Assembly (NCBI GenBank): GCA_964035545.1
Contig: OZ037765.1
Location: forward strand, 16,492,995-16,556,994
DNA from: Bugula neritina
Taxonomy: Eukaryota; Animalia; Bryozoa
Direction: 5' to 3'
Length of the DNA: 64,000 nt
The position numbers and the translations under genes were made by a program. The notes beneath the pieces were generated by a model that was given only the letters and a program-made list of their open reading frames with translations, did not search any database and was not told the DNA's origin. This document shows, piece after piece, positions 35,100 to 51,044 of this stretch (positions within the stretch are counted from its first letter, which is position 1; each line of letters begins with the position of its first letter).

Positions 35100-37400
35100 T
35101 AATGCCCAACTTCAAGATAATCCTAATGACATTCTCATTCTGATTGAGATTCACATGAAGTGCTGATTCAGTTTCACTCATACTGATACTCATAGTGAGT
35201 TAGTCATAGTGATAGTCATTGAGTTTGACATTCTCATACTCATTGTTATTGTCACTATCATATTGATATTCATTGTAATACTGATTGGGTTTGATAGGAT
35301 AACTTATAAGTATAACATTAACTATAAGTATAAGTATAACTTAAGCCTATAACTATAAGTATTAGATTTAGTATAACATTAACTAATACTATAACTATAA
35401 GACTAAGTTATAAGTATAAACTATGATAATGAAGTTAAACATACAACTACAATTAATATTATCAATATAAAATCATATATTTATATACTTATACTTATAG
35501 TTATAGCAAATAGTAATACTATTAGTATTACTAATATTAGTAATAATGATACTATAAATATCACTATTAATATTATTATTATTATTAATTATGTTTAGTA
35601 TTCGTATAATTATTATTATTAGTCATTTAGTGTTACTAATAATATTCTTATAACTAACTCTAAGTATAAGTTGAAGTATAATTTAAATTAAATTTAATAA
35701 TACTTATACTAGCTAATACTATAAGTATAAGTATATACTACTAAGAGTAAGTCTTTGTCTTATAGACAATATTATTACTATTAGTATTAGTAATTGTAAG
35801 TATTAAACTTGGTATTACTATTAGTATTAGTAATACTAATTGAGTAATTATAATTAAATAATAGTTATACACTTAATCTTATAAGTAATACTAGTAGTAG
35901 TAAGACTAAGTAATAACTTATAACTATAAGTATAAGTTATCGTAAACGGTATTACCTCAGATGAGGTAGAATTTCCTTGCAATCTGTGTTCAGATCTGAT
36001 GGAAAGCCTCTAGTCAGTTACATTGTTTGGACAGGTTATATATTGTTGACAGCATAGTAATTTTTAACGCCTTGGTTGGTGAAAATAAATTTTCTTATGA
36101 ATTGATCGTGTTAGTGTTTCAATTGATTAGTTTATGATTGTCCTTGGTAGGAAGCTGTCACAGTAATGTTTGTAAAAAGCAAAGATGAAATTTGTATGTC
36201 CTTTAGCTGTCAATCGTGTACACACAGCGACATTTTCTCTATTCTTCAGGAGCTCATCATGGTGTTAACTTTCCTCTTGTAAAATTCTTGTGAGCAAGCA
36301 TAACTGATGGCTCCTTCTCCTGTCTTCCAAGGACTTGATATCTAATTGATTCCTTGCTCTTGATACACTGTCAGCTCAGCCTTTAAAGTTTGCTATAAAT
36401 CGGATGACATTATTTTGTATAAGCTTAATGTCATAGATTGTCTACTTTTTAACGGGCTCCCATACCACATCTGCATATTCCAAAAGAGGTCTGAATAGCT
36501 TGGTGTATGCAAGTAGTTTTGCCTCCTTCTGGACGATTTGATCCCACCTAGAATATTTTTCAATAATATGATCATAAAATTTTAAATCGATTGGAAAGTT
36601 ACACCAAGTTACTTAGTGTAGCTTGTCTATTTAAGAGGAGTATCAGCAAATTTGTACGGAATTTGGAGTGTTCCTTTGTCGAAAATTAATTTTTCACATT
36701 TGCTTTCATTAAAAGGCGTTTTCCACTTATTTGACCATTCTACGGCTGCATCAATGGGTTGACTGAAAACATATAATACTAATAGTAATTGTATTAGTAA
36801 TAATAATACTTGTAGTTTGAGTATAATAATTTAATTTTATATTAATCAGTATAAATATTATTAAATTTACTATTACCATTAGACTTAGTTGTATTTATAA
36901 TATGAAATAGAATATTGGTATTCAATCATTCACATTGTAATTTACTAATAAGTAATCCAATTAATTGTATTTCTTATTTATATTTAATTTAATTTTACAA
37001 TTCCAACTACTAGCAGTGAAGCACTATCTCTATCAGTATTACTATTAAACTCAGCAAATTACTAATTTTAAATTTGAATGCCAAATATTTATAATCAATA
37101 TAATCATAATGAATCTATATTACTATTATAAATATATGTAATATATTTTAATTTAATTTTATATTTTTATTTTATAACTCTAGTTATATTAACTCCGATA
37201 CTGATACTCATAATCCTAATATTAATATAACATTAACTATATCATATCAATATAATTTATAATTTGACTACCATAATTTATCGTAGTTGATTATGCTTAT
37301 CTGTGATAGCAAATCCTGTTATTAATTTTTGAATTAGGTGTAATAACTGAATTGGATATTCTCCAATTTAACTATTGATAATTCATGATGATAATATTCA
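35100..37400. repeat. Long degenerate hexamer-periodic tract (35100-35940 and 36770-37400) interrupted by a LINE fragment, upstream of the POLR2L CDS
   Basis: For example tataac tataag tattag atttag tataac attaac taatac tataac tataag (one C/G every 6 nt) and ctcata ctgata ctcata. Confidence 0.8.
36128..36760 (-). mobile_element. Decayed 3' fragment of a CR1/L2-group LINE (ORF2 C-terminus)
   Basis: Minus-strand translation with stops and frameshifts: IDAAVEWSNKWKTPFNESKCE...LGVTFQS...KEAKLLAYTKLFRPLLEYADVVWEP...IQNNVIRFI...LDIKSLEDRRR...DSFLPRTI. Confidence 0.85.
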
Positions 37401-38077
37401 TCACCTAAATTAAAGTATTACCTAATACTTATGTTGACCAGTAAGACTAAGCTTAGGGCAATCAGTCTCGTGATCATTTATCATTTAGTTTTATAAAAAT
37501 AACCATTCTAAATTACTCATTGAGATTTATTTTACTTTTGCAGTTCTATTTAGTATAGCTAAAGGTAGTAAATGAAAAGTAGAGTGAAGATATTACACTC
37601 AGTAAATTAGTTAAGGCAAAAAAACTAAAACAGTCAATAACCACGATAAATGGAAATAAACATTACATTTAAAGATATGCTTTTAGTAAAATAGTTTATG
37701 TATGGTGATTTTAGAGTCACCGTATTGTTTTTTCCAAGTTTTACTAGAGAAATCACACGTCATCCAAATCAATAAAAAAATGAATAAACGTCTGTTGAAG
37801 TTTAACCATAATATGTTAAAAACCAGGCCCAAATAGCAAGTTAACTCAGATTTATATAAAATGTTATTTTATTTGTGTTAGTTTTTCATTGGGAGTCATA
37901 ATCCCTTTTTCAATGGTATAAACTATGAATATAATAGTTTGATATCCTCATATAGTGTGCTAACAATAAGCTGCTATAGGGTCAATGAAAGCTCTTATAT
38001 TTTCTAAGTTCATTTGACTTTCGTAGTTTGGTAAGCAACATTAATTAATTTTATGAGATGCTTTCATTTCTGCATAA

Positions 38078-39203
<1,126 letters not shown>

Positions 39204-39626
39204 GGACATGTGTCCATATTATGAATTTATTCCATTGTACATACAGTTTCTTGTAAATGAAACAATGTTAACTGACCTGAGCTGTTTGATTATACTCATA
39301 TATTATTTTCAGTAGTTTTAATTACAGAAGTTGCTTCCTTTCTTTTCCAAATACCATGTAGTAATATGTGTACAAATTGTTTACTTTTTATTTGAATTGG
39401 ACAGTTTATGTGATCAGCAGTTAGTTTATTTCATTGATAATAAAAGTATTTATAATAAAATATGTAAAATAAGTTTTTTAAAAGCTTGCTATAATTGATA
39501 GACTTCCATATTATAAAAGCATAGATATAAGAAGTATATATCGAGTAGCTCAATAGCATTAGCTAAGATTATCAGTAGTAAGCATTTTTTATAATTATTG
39601 GCACTGTTTCTGTTAAACTTCCTTTT

Positions 39627-42600
39627 CTAGACATCTAAACTTGTAATTCTTTGTACACCTTTTGGATGTCCATCTTGTTTGGCACAACAAGTGTCACTAT
39701 GACATTTCATGTCAGGTCCACATTCCAATGCACACAATCTGTTTTCTGGCTTCATCTGCAACTAATTTTAAAAACAATAGTAAGATTCCTTCTTTTGTGT
39801 TAGTGCTAGTGGTATTAATTAAACAACAATATCTCATGTGCATCTACAAGTTTCTAGAAAATAATATGCATATCACATTTTGGACAAAGGAAAGGATTAA
39901 TTGGACATTTGTGAGAAATATGCAGAGTTACGATTTTATGCTGTATATGATATTAGCAATCATTAGATTTTATTAATTTGTGTACAACTTGCATACCTCG
40001 TTGAATTCTGGTTGTATTGTCACTGAGTGTATGCCAACATTATGAAGATGTTTCTTTACCTTTCCGGCTATATAAACATAGTCTTCTAAATTTTTTGTGC
40101 CTACATGCAATGAAGCTATAACAGTATTTCCTGATAAACTCCAGATGTGAAATTCGTGAACCTCAGTAACACCCTTGATCTACAAAATTATTTAATTGAT
40201 AATTGCTTTATGAAAAATCATAAATTGACTACAAATATACATGAAAATTCTAGAATTTTGAAACAAGTTATCATAGATTATTTAATACCTTTGCAAATTC
40301 AGATATAGAACGCAGTACATCAGCAGTGAAAACTAAGTCTCTGCTTGCTGATATAAATTGAAACATTGAATTCATATACTAGTAGTATCTAATATAATTA
40401 TATGCTTCATGGGTTAAGCAACATCTCCAGAAATATTTCGAGCAGGTCATTAATTCAACCAAATTGATACATGGGAATAAGTAAACAGAAAATTCTGAAT
40501 TCTATGAATAAAAAATGAGACTAAAATACCAAGATCTGGTGTAAGAAAAACAATTTGCATAAATTAGTGTGGAATATAGATAAACATATACCTGGGTGAT
40601 TTCTCTGAGAAGTTGATTTGAATCTAAATGTGCTGGCACACTTTGCATAAGCACGAAAGCAGCTTGTTTTACTGAAATACAAAATGAGTTGCAGCTGCTC
40701 TAAGAATAATTAATTGTACCTGTAAACCTCACTCATTGGAATTGCAAGTTTATACAAATTTTAGATTTGTTAGTTTGAGAATAATACAATGCATATGATG
40801 GGAACTTTCACCAAACTGAGTTGATAACCCTACCTAATGACTTCATTAATTATAAGTAAAATACAATCTTTGAATCTTATTGAGATTATAGCTAAGACAT
40901 CTTGCAATGTGTCAAAATTAATAGCAAAACCCCTTACGGAAAAAGTGCTTTATAGAATAAACATATTAATGTCTGCCCACATGGGGGATCTGTTTCAGTG
41001 AAAACTACTGCTGCTGTTTTCAAACATGTATTGAGTGAACTAATAGCATTTTGTGCACAGTTCAGCAATTTCTGGCTAAACTAGAAGTTTTCAAAAGTAT
41101 TGTACTTTGATCAGCTCAGCAATTTAAAAATAAGGCATGACCAATTAGGTTTCTTCACTATATCTGCTGTAAGCACAAGTTAGCAAGTGCTGGGCCTTGC
41201 TTATAATTATATTGAATAGGTTTTCTTTACTTTATTCAACGCATTGAATATTTTCACTTTTTGCCTATTGTATAAAATTCTAGCTGCTAATATATCAGTT
41301 TGCCTAAAACTAATGAAGTGTTTTTCTATTTTTTAAATACTTAGTTAAACGCTTAGATTTCCGTGACTAAATTAGTGAAAAGTTACAATTGTCAACAAAT
41401 ACTACTAGGTATAATCCTGTCAATTTTATTTTGTAATTTGCAAATACTGCACCTTTTAATCTTTCAAATAAAATACTAACTATACCAATTTTTCAACATG
41501 TTTCATCTTAATATAAGCCAAATGTCTTCAGATATTAGCTTGTCACTGTCTGCAACTGTATGTTAGTTCTAACAACATGGCAATGAAATTGTGCTTTACT
41601 GTTGCAGGACCTCTCTAGGTCTTTTTTATACGGTACCACCAGAAGTCATACTTAAATGAGTTTCGAAAAATTTTAAAATTTTTGATCTTAATTTGTCATT
41701 GTGATACTAAATTAAGTAAAGTGACCTAAATATATTTGAATATTTATGCCTGCAACTAGATGTCTGAGTCAATATTAACATTTGAACTTTGAAGTAGTTT
41801 GCGACCATGATTTACTTTTTGTAATTGCCAAATTTCAATAGCTGTGTTTTTTTCAGAAAATTTCCCATAAGTGAACATAACTGTAATATATAAAATACCA
41901 AGTTCAACCATAATTTAAGTATTGTATATAACACTCATGTGGGTTTCCATCCCTGTGAGAACCCCTGATTCGAAGGTTTTTAAGCATACTTAGGACTTTA
42001 ACTTCATAATTGTGACAAAAAAGCAATTATGACTGAGTGCCCTTCCTAACATCCTCAATAGCCTTTACTGGGGATCAAACCACTGACCTTATGTTTGCTA
42101 AGTCAGGGCTCTAACCCTTAGACCACAGCTGCTTCCTAGTCTACATATTGTATATCATAATATATGCATGCATTGATATATTGCAATCACTTACACAAAG
42201 GCAGGGCTGTGCATAGAATGATGGCCACTAGCACCAAGCTAAAACAAATAATTTTACACCATATGCAGCATAAGTGAATCAAATATATAATATATATTAT
42301 AATACTGAAAATTAGACCTAATAACACAATTTATTTCATACGATTATAAGGTGAAGTTATGGTTGTTCAATAAGCATTGAAACATGGCTCTCAATATAGG
42401 CAGCTACGAGACTCAATTTTCAAGTAGGTCTACTTACTGAAAAAATTATATACATATATAAGCAATTTAACAGGTAATATGTTTTGTAAGACGTTACAGT
42501 TTTGTTACCTTAATAGCGGGTCAATGCAAAGCACCCAATCAGGATCCAGAGATTTTCTCATCTCCACTTTGTCACAGCTCATTGTATTGTTCAATGCATC

Positions 42601-45600
42601 AGATGGCATAGGTGAGAGTGTAGGTTGAATATATTTTCTGTATATCATTGTCAGTCCTGCACTGATCATAACTACTACTGAACCTAGGGCATCTCCTACC
42701 ATATGTAAGAACACCCCTCTCATGTTCAACTGCTGTGGTTTTACTAAAAACAATCAGAACACCTCAGCAATTTTTCAAATGTATTTGCATGAATATTAAT
42801 AAATTGAATATTTTATTCAAATTATTGACAAATATTTGAATCATTGAGCTTCAGTCTAAAGGATTTCATTTTATTGCTGTTAAATGCAATCCTAATTTTT
42901 AATTGGTAGCTTTTATGTGCGAAGTTTTTAGTCTATCAATGTGCATGAATTAGTGAACTAGATGATGATTTATTTTTCCAGGTTAGCAAGCCCAAAAGAA
43001 AATGCTAAATTTTTCATAAAATTATTTTTGTCATCAAAAGCTAGTTTACTATGCCAGTTGGCGTATAGAATATATTTCCTTTGAAGTTTATCAACAAATG
43101 ATGACAAAATATCATTCTATCATTAATCATTCCCAGCAAAGAAGTACTTAATATTTGGAAGTAAAAACATCTAAAGGAAGGATTGTATCTGGGATGAGGA
43201 AAAAATTACAAGGAAAATTGCAAGGAGAGGCAGCTGCAAGTTCTGGTTTAAACCTGGTAAAAAAGTAAATCAACATCTAATAAAGTTGGTGATACTTTAC
43301 TAAAACTAGGGCATAAAGCATGAGCAGGGTTGAAAAATAAAGTCATACTCAATAAGTGTAATGCTGAGAGCTAAGAATCGATTTCAAAATAATGTATACA
43401 AAACTGCTTAATATTGCTTTTCATTTAATTATTTGCGTAGTAGTTTTGAATAAGAGCAGTACAAACCATTAAAATCACTTGGCACGCTATAGCAGTCTGA
43501 ATCTTAAAACTTGAGCAGCTTTACAAGATACCCAAGGCTAGAACTCATTTTTTTGAAAATCATCGACAAGTAATAGCAAATGGTTTTCCCTATTTCATAT
43601 AGCTGAAGATTGAATTTTCTTATACTAGTACTCAAGTAAAGCCCAAACTTCATATTCATCAGCAATCTAGTCAAGGGATGCAATTAGGCAGTTCTATAAC
43701 GAAACTATTAGTTTTAGCTAGTTACTAAAAGTCTGACTGATATGTTAATTATCTTATTGCTATATTTAACCTCAGTAAATATTGTTCTGAATAAATTGTG
43801 CAAAAAATGGCTGAAAATTAATTAATATACCTTCCCTCTTGTTTTCTTTGTGTTGCAGTTGTGAGCCGTTCAAACTATGAAATTTCTGATCACTATCAAG
43901 TAGATCATCAGCTGTTTCTTCATCATCTAAAGATTAAGCATGTTTCTTGTAGACTGTATGTTTATACTCATCATTTGACATGGCATAGGTAATATGGTAT
44001 GGTAAACAAGGTGACGTAAGCTGTCTGGTCGTGCAGACACTGGAGACTGTGATCTGCAGCTAAAAACTGGTGACTAATGTTGTTGATTGAGTGTGTGTAT
44101 ATTCTACCAAGCACAAACCAGCTGTCAATCTTAACTAACTCACTGTACACAATAGTTTTTTTGCATATGACAAAACAAACATGCCCTCGATCCTTATTCA
44201 ATAAAGACAACATAAGTTGGCACCAGAATCAAAACAGAATAAAATGACTGTAGAATAGAGTGTATGATGAAATTGTTTTTTAATTTGGTATTAAATAATA
44301 TTGCACGTTTCGCATTATAATAACCAAAACATTTTTTGAGGAAAATTGAAATTTTCTTTATCCTATAATATGTTCGGATGAGCTAGTGTTGGAAATAATT
44401 GGGTCATGCTACCTCAATAAATGCAAGTTTTTTCTCTAAGGATCAGTGAGCTTTTTACTAGTTGCCAACAATGCAGGACCAACAAAATTCTTTGTTGATT
44501 GATCACTTTTTTGTCTCTTGATAAACAGCCATTTTAAATGAAATTTAGAGCATGGGAAAATGAGAAGTTTCACATTACAATTATTAACCTGGTTTATTAA
44601 AAAACCAGCTCTTTGCTTATTTACTGTAATAGACTTGAATAGTACCTAAAACCATATGCATGGCAAATCAGAAACCATAGCTTATTTGCATTTTAAGCTA
44701 AAATAGAGTGTCATACAAATAGCCTCAAGTCTTGTGACAGTATTCCAATGAAGTCATCATAACAGTTTCAAATTACAGGAGAGACTTAAATTGGTACCTG
44801 AGTGTAGTTTAGATGGTTCATCTTTGTGTGAGTGAGAATGAGAGTGACCATGGCTTGTGCCTCCATGTGTGTGCCCATGAGCTACAAGAGTAAACTCAAA
44901 TATCAACTATAGGGTGTTTTGAAAAGAAATGAATTCAACCAGCACAGGGTAATATTTATAAAGTTGAATCAAATTGTTGATTTGTTGATTGCAAGAGCTG
45001 CTCAGAGTTAGAAAGAAAAGATGAACACTTCTTAGGTATCAAAGAAGTAACATCAAATATTATGCCTAACACAAGTGTGCTCAAATTTAAAAGCAGTGTT
45101 TGTTTGTTTGTTTTATTTTGTCGCAGACGAAAATAATACATACAGTTGAGGAAAATAAACAAAATGACAAGGCCCATGGCGCAATAGCACTGCAGCTGGT
45201 CTGTGGCCCTAGTTCTCTAACAACTTAATATTCCAAAGGAAAGATTAAGTTGTGCTGAGTGCCTATTCTTTGAAATATCAACACTGTTGTTTCTTTTAAA
45301 ATCAAACTGTTGAGTGAATTTCAACTAAGTTACTGCAATCAATCATCAGTCAGTCATAACTTATTAGGCTATTCTAAAAAAAGACCTGCCTGTGGTCTAA
45401 ATCTGCATATAACCTACTAGATTTTCTTCTCTCTTTCTAATGTTTTTGCCAGGTTTTATAGAACTAGATATTAATATATGATAAATAATTACTTATTCAT
45501 ATCACTATCAGTTTTCCATTATAATCAGTGCTATAACACAGTAAAAAGCTAACATTTTCAGTGGCATATGATCAAAAATATTAATTCCCAAATAGGATAT

Positions 45601-48600
45601 GTAACTATGATTATATATTATTGCATTACTTACATAACCATTATAACTGCAAAAGGGATTAAACACATAATTGGCAATCAATTATTTTCAATTTCATTTA
45701 AACAATTAAATATGTTGATTCCTAAAATTAAATGGCTAGCGACTGTTTTAGGAATTAGGTAACATATCTACAGCTAAATAGGAGCATTTACTCTACTAAA
45801 TCTTGGTGAGATTTGACACTCTCATTGCAAAGCTGTTTGGATTTGTCAAGATTTAAACATGATATGTCAGCCAGTAACATAATGATGCTTATCAGCGAAT
45901 GCTTCTAGGGAAAGGCCGGGTTTGAAGTTACCTGATCTCTTTTCAAAGTATATCATATAAGCAGCCAGTCCCTATTTAATCAAATGGTAAGAGCAATGTA
46001 CCCACTTATAGCATCTAAGAAAACTATGAACTGTAGATCAAAGCATATGTACATCGGATCATTTGCAACTAAATCTTGAAAACTTGACCATTTATTCATG
46101 GCAACATCTGACACTGACTTTATAAAGACACAAGTGACTAGTTTGCACTACTACAAAATCCTCCAATTATGCATTTAAATTGATTCTGTAAGGCTACAAT
46201 ATTCTTTAAAGTCTAATAATTTTTCATCTAGAATAATTGCAGTATGCCAATTAAGTAACGTCTGAAAAGTAAGCCTTTGCAGCTCAAAAAACTTCCAAGT
46301 AGCTTTAATTTTTGCGAGCTGCTGTCGTACAAGATATATGCAGATTTTATGTCTAAGGTCTGCCAAGGCTAAGCCTAGCAGCTGGTGGCAAAATAATGCT
46401 ATTGGAGAATGTCTTGACAACTTGCTCCCTACTGATGCATTTAGAAAGTTTTGGTAAAGAAATGAAGATTTTTGAGATTATCATTTTTGTTTTTATTTTG
46501 GGTCTGGATCACAATTTTTTAATTTCATAATCAGACAAATTTACATTCGTGAAAGTTTTGACAAAACTGGGTTATTAGAAGAAAACTGCAATCTTGCACC
46601 TATTTTGTTTATGATCATATACATTCATATCTACTTATAGAGTATATAAAGTATAAGTCCCATGTAGTTAGTCTAACAATAATTTTTACTGCAGCTTTCT
46701 CTTTACTCACAAAAGAGTTGAAAGAAAGGGTTATTGATGTGCAATCAACATAAATAATTTATGCCAGCAGGTCAATAACTGGTATGCCATTTTGCAGATA
46801 AGTTTTACCAGGCAAACCTGGCATATATAATTTACACTTGCAGGTGTTCCAATTGCATAATTATTTTCCTGTTCTATTTTTATAATTTCTAGTTTTTACT
46901 AACATCAAGAAAAAGGTTTGTACAGTTACACTACAATCCACATGAAGTATTAAGAGATTTATTGAAATTTGATTATTTATCCATCTTTGATCAAATTAAC
47001 AGCATAGAAATAAATATGTTATGCCAATATTGCTACCAACCATGCTAAGATAAAAATCAGAAAATAATTTGCTGCTCACTGATAATGTAACACAATATGA
47101 TGATGTAAGAAAATACGATATACTTAAGAATGTAATAACACTCATGAATATATGCACTATTACAGAAATAATATTATAGTTAGATGCCTGGGCTACCTTA
47201 TACTTCTTATAATGGTGTATGTTGCCCAGCAACAGTCCATCTGTTGCTGGGCAACATACTTTGCTAGCCACGGATCTTGGAATACAAAATGTCAGCATTT
47301 GCAAAACAAGATATTTTTCCTAGGGCTAATGTTTTAATGGGTATCAAGATGTTAAATTACAGGTAACTGATAACAAACTATTTTTGGAATAGAATAGCAT
47401 AGAGTTTAAACTTTAAACAGAGCCTTAAAAACAACTTGCAAGATACATGTAAACGGCATTTTAAAACACACCTTGAAACTTCATTTATAATTAAAAGAAT
47501 TGTAGGAATATTGAAAGAAAGAGGCCATGTATTTTCAACAAAAATTTAATAACAGTTTTTGATAAAAATACTAAATTTTTTATAATGGATATTAAAGGAA
47601 AAGTCATGGCCTCACTAGCATCAGCATTATCTGTATGTTGAGCTTAGTAAATGCTGCTTCAATAAGTTACAAAACAATTATTCATAACTAGTAATAGACA
47701 AAGGGCTGAGCTGTTACAAATCCTGCAGCTTTTAACTATGTAATCGAAAATGATAATGAATAAACAGTATTTGCTACATCTTATAACTAAAAGCTGTCTT
47801 TATACTGTCAAGCAGTTTAATGAAGAGTAAGTATAGAAACTCACTTTAGCTAAGCCATCACCAATTGAGATGTGATAATTTAAACATTAAAGAGATTAGA
47901 AAAAACTTAACCCATTGAGACTGCATGTGGAACTTGCATCTTGGTTATGTGTACAATTGACTAGGTATAATAATGCCACATTGCATGTGATATAAATAAA
48001 ATGGTTTGGGTACACATGTGGCCAAACAGTACCAGCTTTGAGTGTTACAACCCTAGACCTGAAATTGCCAATTGCTACTGCAACACTTTGCTTTTTAAAT
48101 ATTACTTCACCCCCACTGAAATCAAATTGCTTAGTGTTTAATATTACCTTTCTTAGGTGAATTCTTTTTATGCTTTTGCTTCAATGCGTGCATAAACAAT
48201 ACATAATAATGTTTCATGTGTAAAATACGAGTATCATTAGTATCAGTATGGGTACTAGTACTGCATGCAGGTTATCAATAATTCCATTTATTGAGATTCA
48301 TAATAGAACAATTGTGTGCACAGTTATATATATATAAAATGACCAAACCAAGTTATACTGGTATCTCAGACTGGCCTCATCAATTTTCTGTTTACATTAT
48401 CATCCTTAAAGTTAAATTTCAGCCCTTGTATTGTAAGTCCAAAAAGTTCGACTTGGTCAGATTCTTTCAAATAAAACTATACATACGACCACCATGTATC
48501 TCTTTACCAGAGCAGTATTAGCTTTGATGCTTTTTGTTACTCTTTGAGTCTGGCACCACAGTTCAGTTTAATGGTGGAAAAGATATATCATGATTAGCTT

Positions 48601-50655
48601 ACCATGATTATGAAACAAGCAGAGACCGATGAGGTTTATTAATAGACCAGCACCCCCTACATACAGTAGGAGATCTGCATTTTCTAGAGGCTCTCTCATA
48701 GCCAGTCTCTCTATTGCCTCCACAAATATTGTGAAACATAGGGCCACCAAGAACACCGCATTTATAAGAGCTCCAACAACTTCTGCTCGTGCCCATCCAT
48801 AAGTATTAGTCTTGGATTTGCCTTTCTTTGAGTACTGCATAAATACAAGTGATCAAATTAAAAGATACTATGAAACATGTTTATCAAAGATAATGAAGTA
48901 CAAAGCTCAACTTTAGTGGTTGGTAGTTCCCATTAAAAGGTCATTCATTGTTGATTGTTCAATTTTTCACTTACTAGTCTAGAGAGACTGCTAGTTCAAG
49001 AAAATGAAGAAACATTATCTTTTTCCATCCAAAATGTCACATGTCAGCTACATGTCAATATGAACAACCTGCCCAAATCTATTTATTTACATATAGCCAA
49101 ATTGCTTTAAGGGCAGTAGCTTTAAAGATGCAGGCAGCTTCATTTAAACCCTAATTCACATGATAGTTTAAAGAACTTAAACAAAATTTGTTTAGACTCA
49201 GTTAGCATTAATAAAATGATTGTTTTCATAGGTTAAGTGTAATAAGTTACAATAATCACACCTTAATCATGCATGCCACTGGGAACACAAATGTATCTGC
49301 CAAAGAAAGCCATTACAATTTGAAAGTTTTTTTGTACTGCATAGAGTATAGACTATGTTCATGTGCTTGACCAGCCTTGGCCTAACGAGTAAAGAATTTA
49401 TGGTAGGGTTGTCTCCTCTACCCAAACTATCATACTAGCATGGTGAGACGCAAAGTCATAAGCCTGCTTAAAAACTCTCCCTATCAGAGGGTCTCACAGT
49501 GATGGAGACTTTACAAAAATGCTAGTTTTAAAGAATATGCTTAAGTTAGCATGACAAATAGAATTTCTATTGAAGCAGTTGTTTTAGCTTTACCAACAGT
49601 TTGTATTTAACAATTGTTTTAATATTATTTACAGACCACTCATAATCATGATTACTAAAAAATATGGAGCCTCACACAATACCACAACTTCTAGAGTTTA
49701 TGGCAACTGTTGAAGGATTTTGTATAAATGATTTATAGGATACATTTCTATTTTAGATAACATTTTGACAACTATTTATTAGTTTAAGGAGAATGAAGAA
49801 ATTTGATGATACTAACATAGCCATTTATTAACCTCATGTACAGGCAAAAAGCAAAGCAAGTTCCACTCAAAGAAAGCAAACCATATTTATAGGTGGTCAG
49901 CTGCTATTGGAGTTTGCCAGCCGGATATGCAAAATAAACTACAATAACTTCCTTAGTTTTTTGTAGGATGTTAGCATTGCACAAGACAAATAATGTCATT
50001 GATAACATATTCTAAAATGTACACAAATAGTGTGCAACGATTAGTTTGAAAATTGCATTGGTATTCTGTAAAATAAATAATACTGGTCTATTTGTGCTTA
50101 CAAGATTGTGACACGGAGAGGAAAATGCTATACACAACACTTTAAGATGTGAAGCCAGGATAACAGAAAATATCACCTGTGCAATTGGACATAGAGCTTT
50201 TCAAAACAGAAACAAATATGTTGATGGACAACAAATAAAATTTATAAGCTCAGAATTTTTGCACAAAAAATTCATCTAAGATATGCTCTGCAGTTTCAAT
50301 ACTGCATCAATTTAGTCTGTCAATTGCTGGCTTGTAAGCATGCTGTAGACTGTAGAGTATAGAGTTTAGAGCCTAATACTAGAGACCAGACCTATAATCA
50401 ATGGGTAGCTTATCATATTAGAACACCTTGCTTAGCGCACAAATCCAGGGGCTTTGCAATATATAAATATTAGCCTACCTTCACTGCTAGTAAACCAATA
50501 ACTAGAGCCATTGTGTCACTGAGCATGTGGAAGGCATCAGCAATCAATGCTAGTGAGTTAGAAACACGGCCTGCAATGATCTCCACCATAAGAAAACTGG
50601 TGGTCAGCACCAACATGGTGATTAGACGGCATGATTTACCGTTATATTTTCCCAT
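39627..50655 (-). CDS. SLC30A1: Cation diffusion facilitator zinc exporter, ZnT1/SLC30A1 subfamily (~421 aa, 9 coding exons)
   Basis: Exons (minus) 50655-50479, 48834-48603, 44881-44798, 43926-43831, 42743-42509, 42238-42195, 40671-40592, 40179-39997 and 39761-39627; 1266 nt in frame. Motifs: SLALIADAFHMLSD, NTYGWARAEVVGALINAVFL, His-rich loop HGHTHGGTSHGHSHSHSH, LNMRGVFLHMVGDALGSV, VHEFHIWSL, GIHSVTIQPEF and the Cys-rich tail CALECGPDMKCHSDTCC. Confidence 0.95.
41940..42135 (-). mobile_element. tRNA-derived SINE in a ZnT1 intron
   Basis: Minus strand reads TGTGGTCTAAGGGTTAGAGC (A box)...GGTTTGATCCCC (B box)...GATGTTAGGAAGGGCACTCAG, then a tail also seen inverted at ~49450-49510. A related core fragment lies at ~12225-12280. 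Confidence 0.7.
49445..49510 (+). mobile_element. SINE-tail fragment related to 41940-42000 (opposite orientation)
   Basis: caaagtcataagcctgcttaaaaactctccctatcagagggtctcacagtgatggagac versus the reverse complement of 41941-42000, taaagtcctaagtatgcttaaaaaccttcgaatcaggggttctcacagggatggaaac. Confidence 0.55.
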
Positions 50656-51044
50656 ATTCTACAGAGATACATAGGAAGAATTTCAGTACTGCTCAGACAT
50701 TTAATATATGTTTCAATTTTCAATTTGATTTTGCAAGTAAACTTAGATTAACAAGTTAATTAGAAGCAATATGAATATATAATAAAATATGCTTTATTTC
50801 TTTAACTCTGTTTTAAAAGACTGCCTCTTAGTTTATATTATATAATTATATAAAATACAACACTTTCTATCAATAATATTAATAATAATTATTGATACTA
50901 TTGATATTCAGTTCATAAAACAAGATTAAATCTTATATTTGTGCTAGTGTAGAAAAATTACTACTAGACACATGTAAAGATTAAATGAAGAGCAAAAATT
51001 GTCTAACAATGGCAATCACAAGTATTTTTCCAAACTTATCTTAC

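Noticed and set aside
42060-42135. tRNA-like A/B boxes (also 38425-38490)
   Set aside because: No convincing cloverleaf, and they are followed by a shared repeat body and tail; treated as SINE heads, not tRNA genes.
41940-49510. Inverted SINE pair in ZnT1 introns as a circRNA driver
   Set aside because: Shared stretch is only ~60 nt with many mismatches; too weak to support pairing.
48186-50036. Three MTF-1 metal-response-element cores (TGCRCNC) in ZnT1 introns at 48186, 48314 and 50030
   Set aside because: A rough estimate from base composition gives about three per 10 kb by chance; they are not clustered at the promoter.
39627-50655. Possible manganese transporter (SLC30A10-type)
   Set aside because: TM2 site is H-x3-D (FHMLSD), not the Asn variant of SLC30A10, and a His-rich loop is present.
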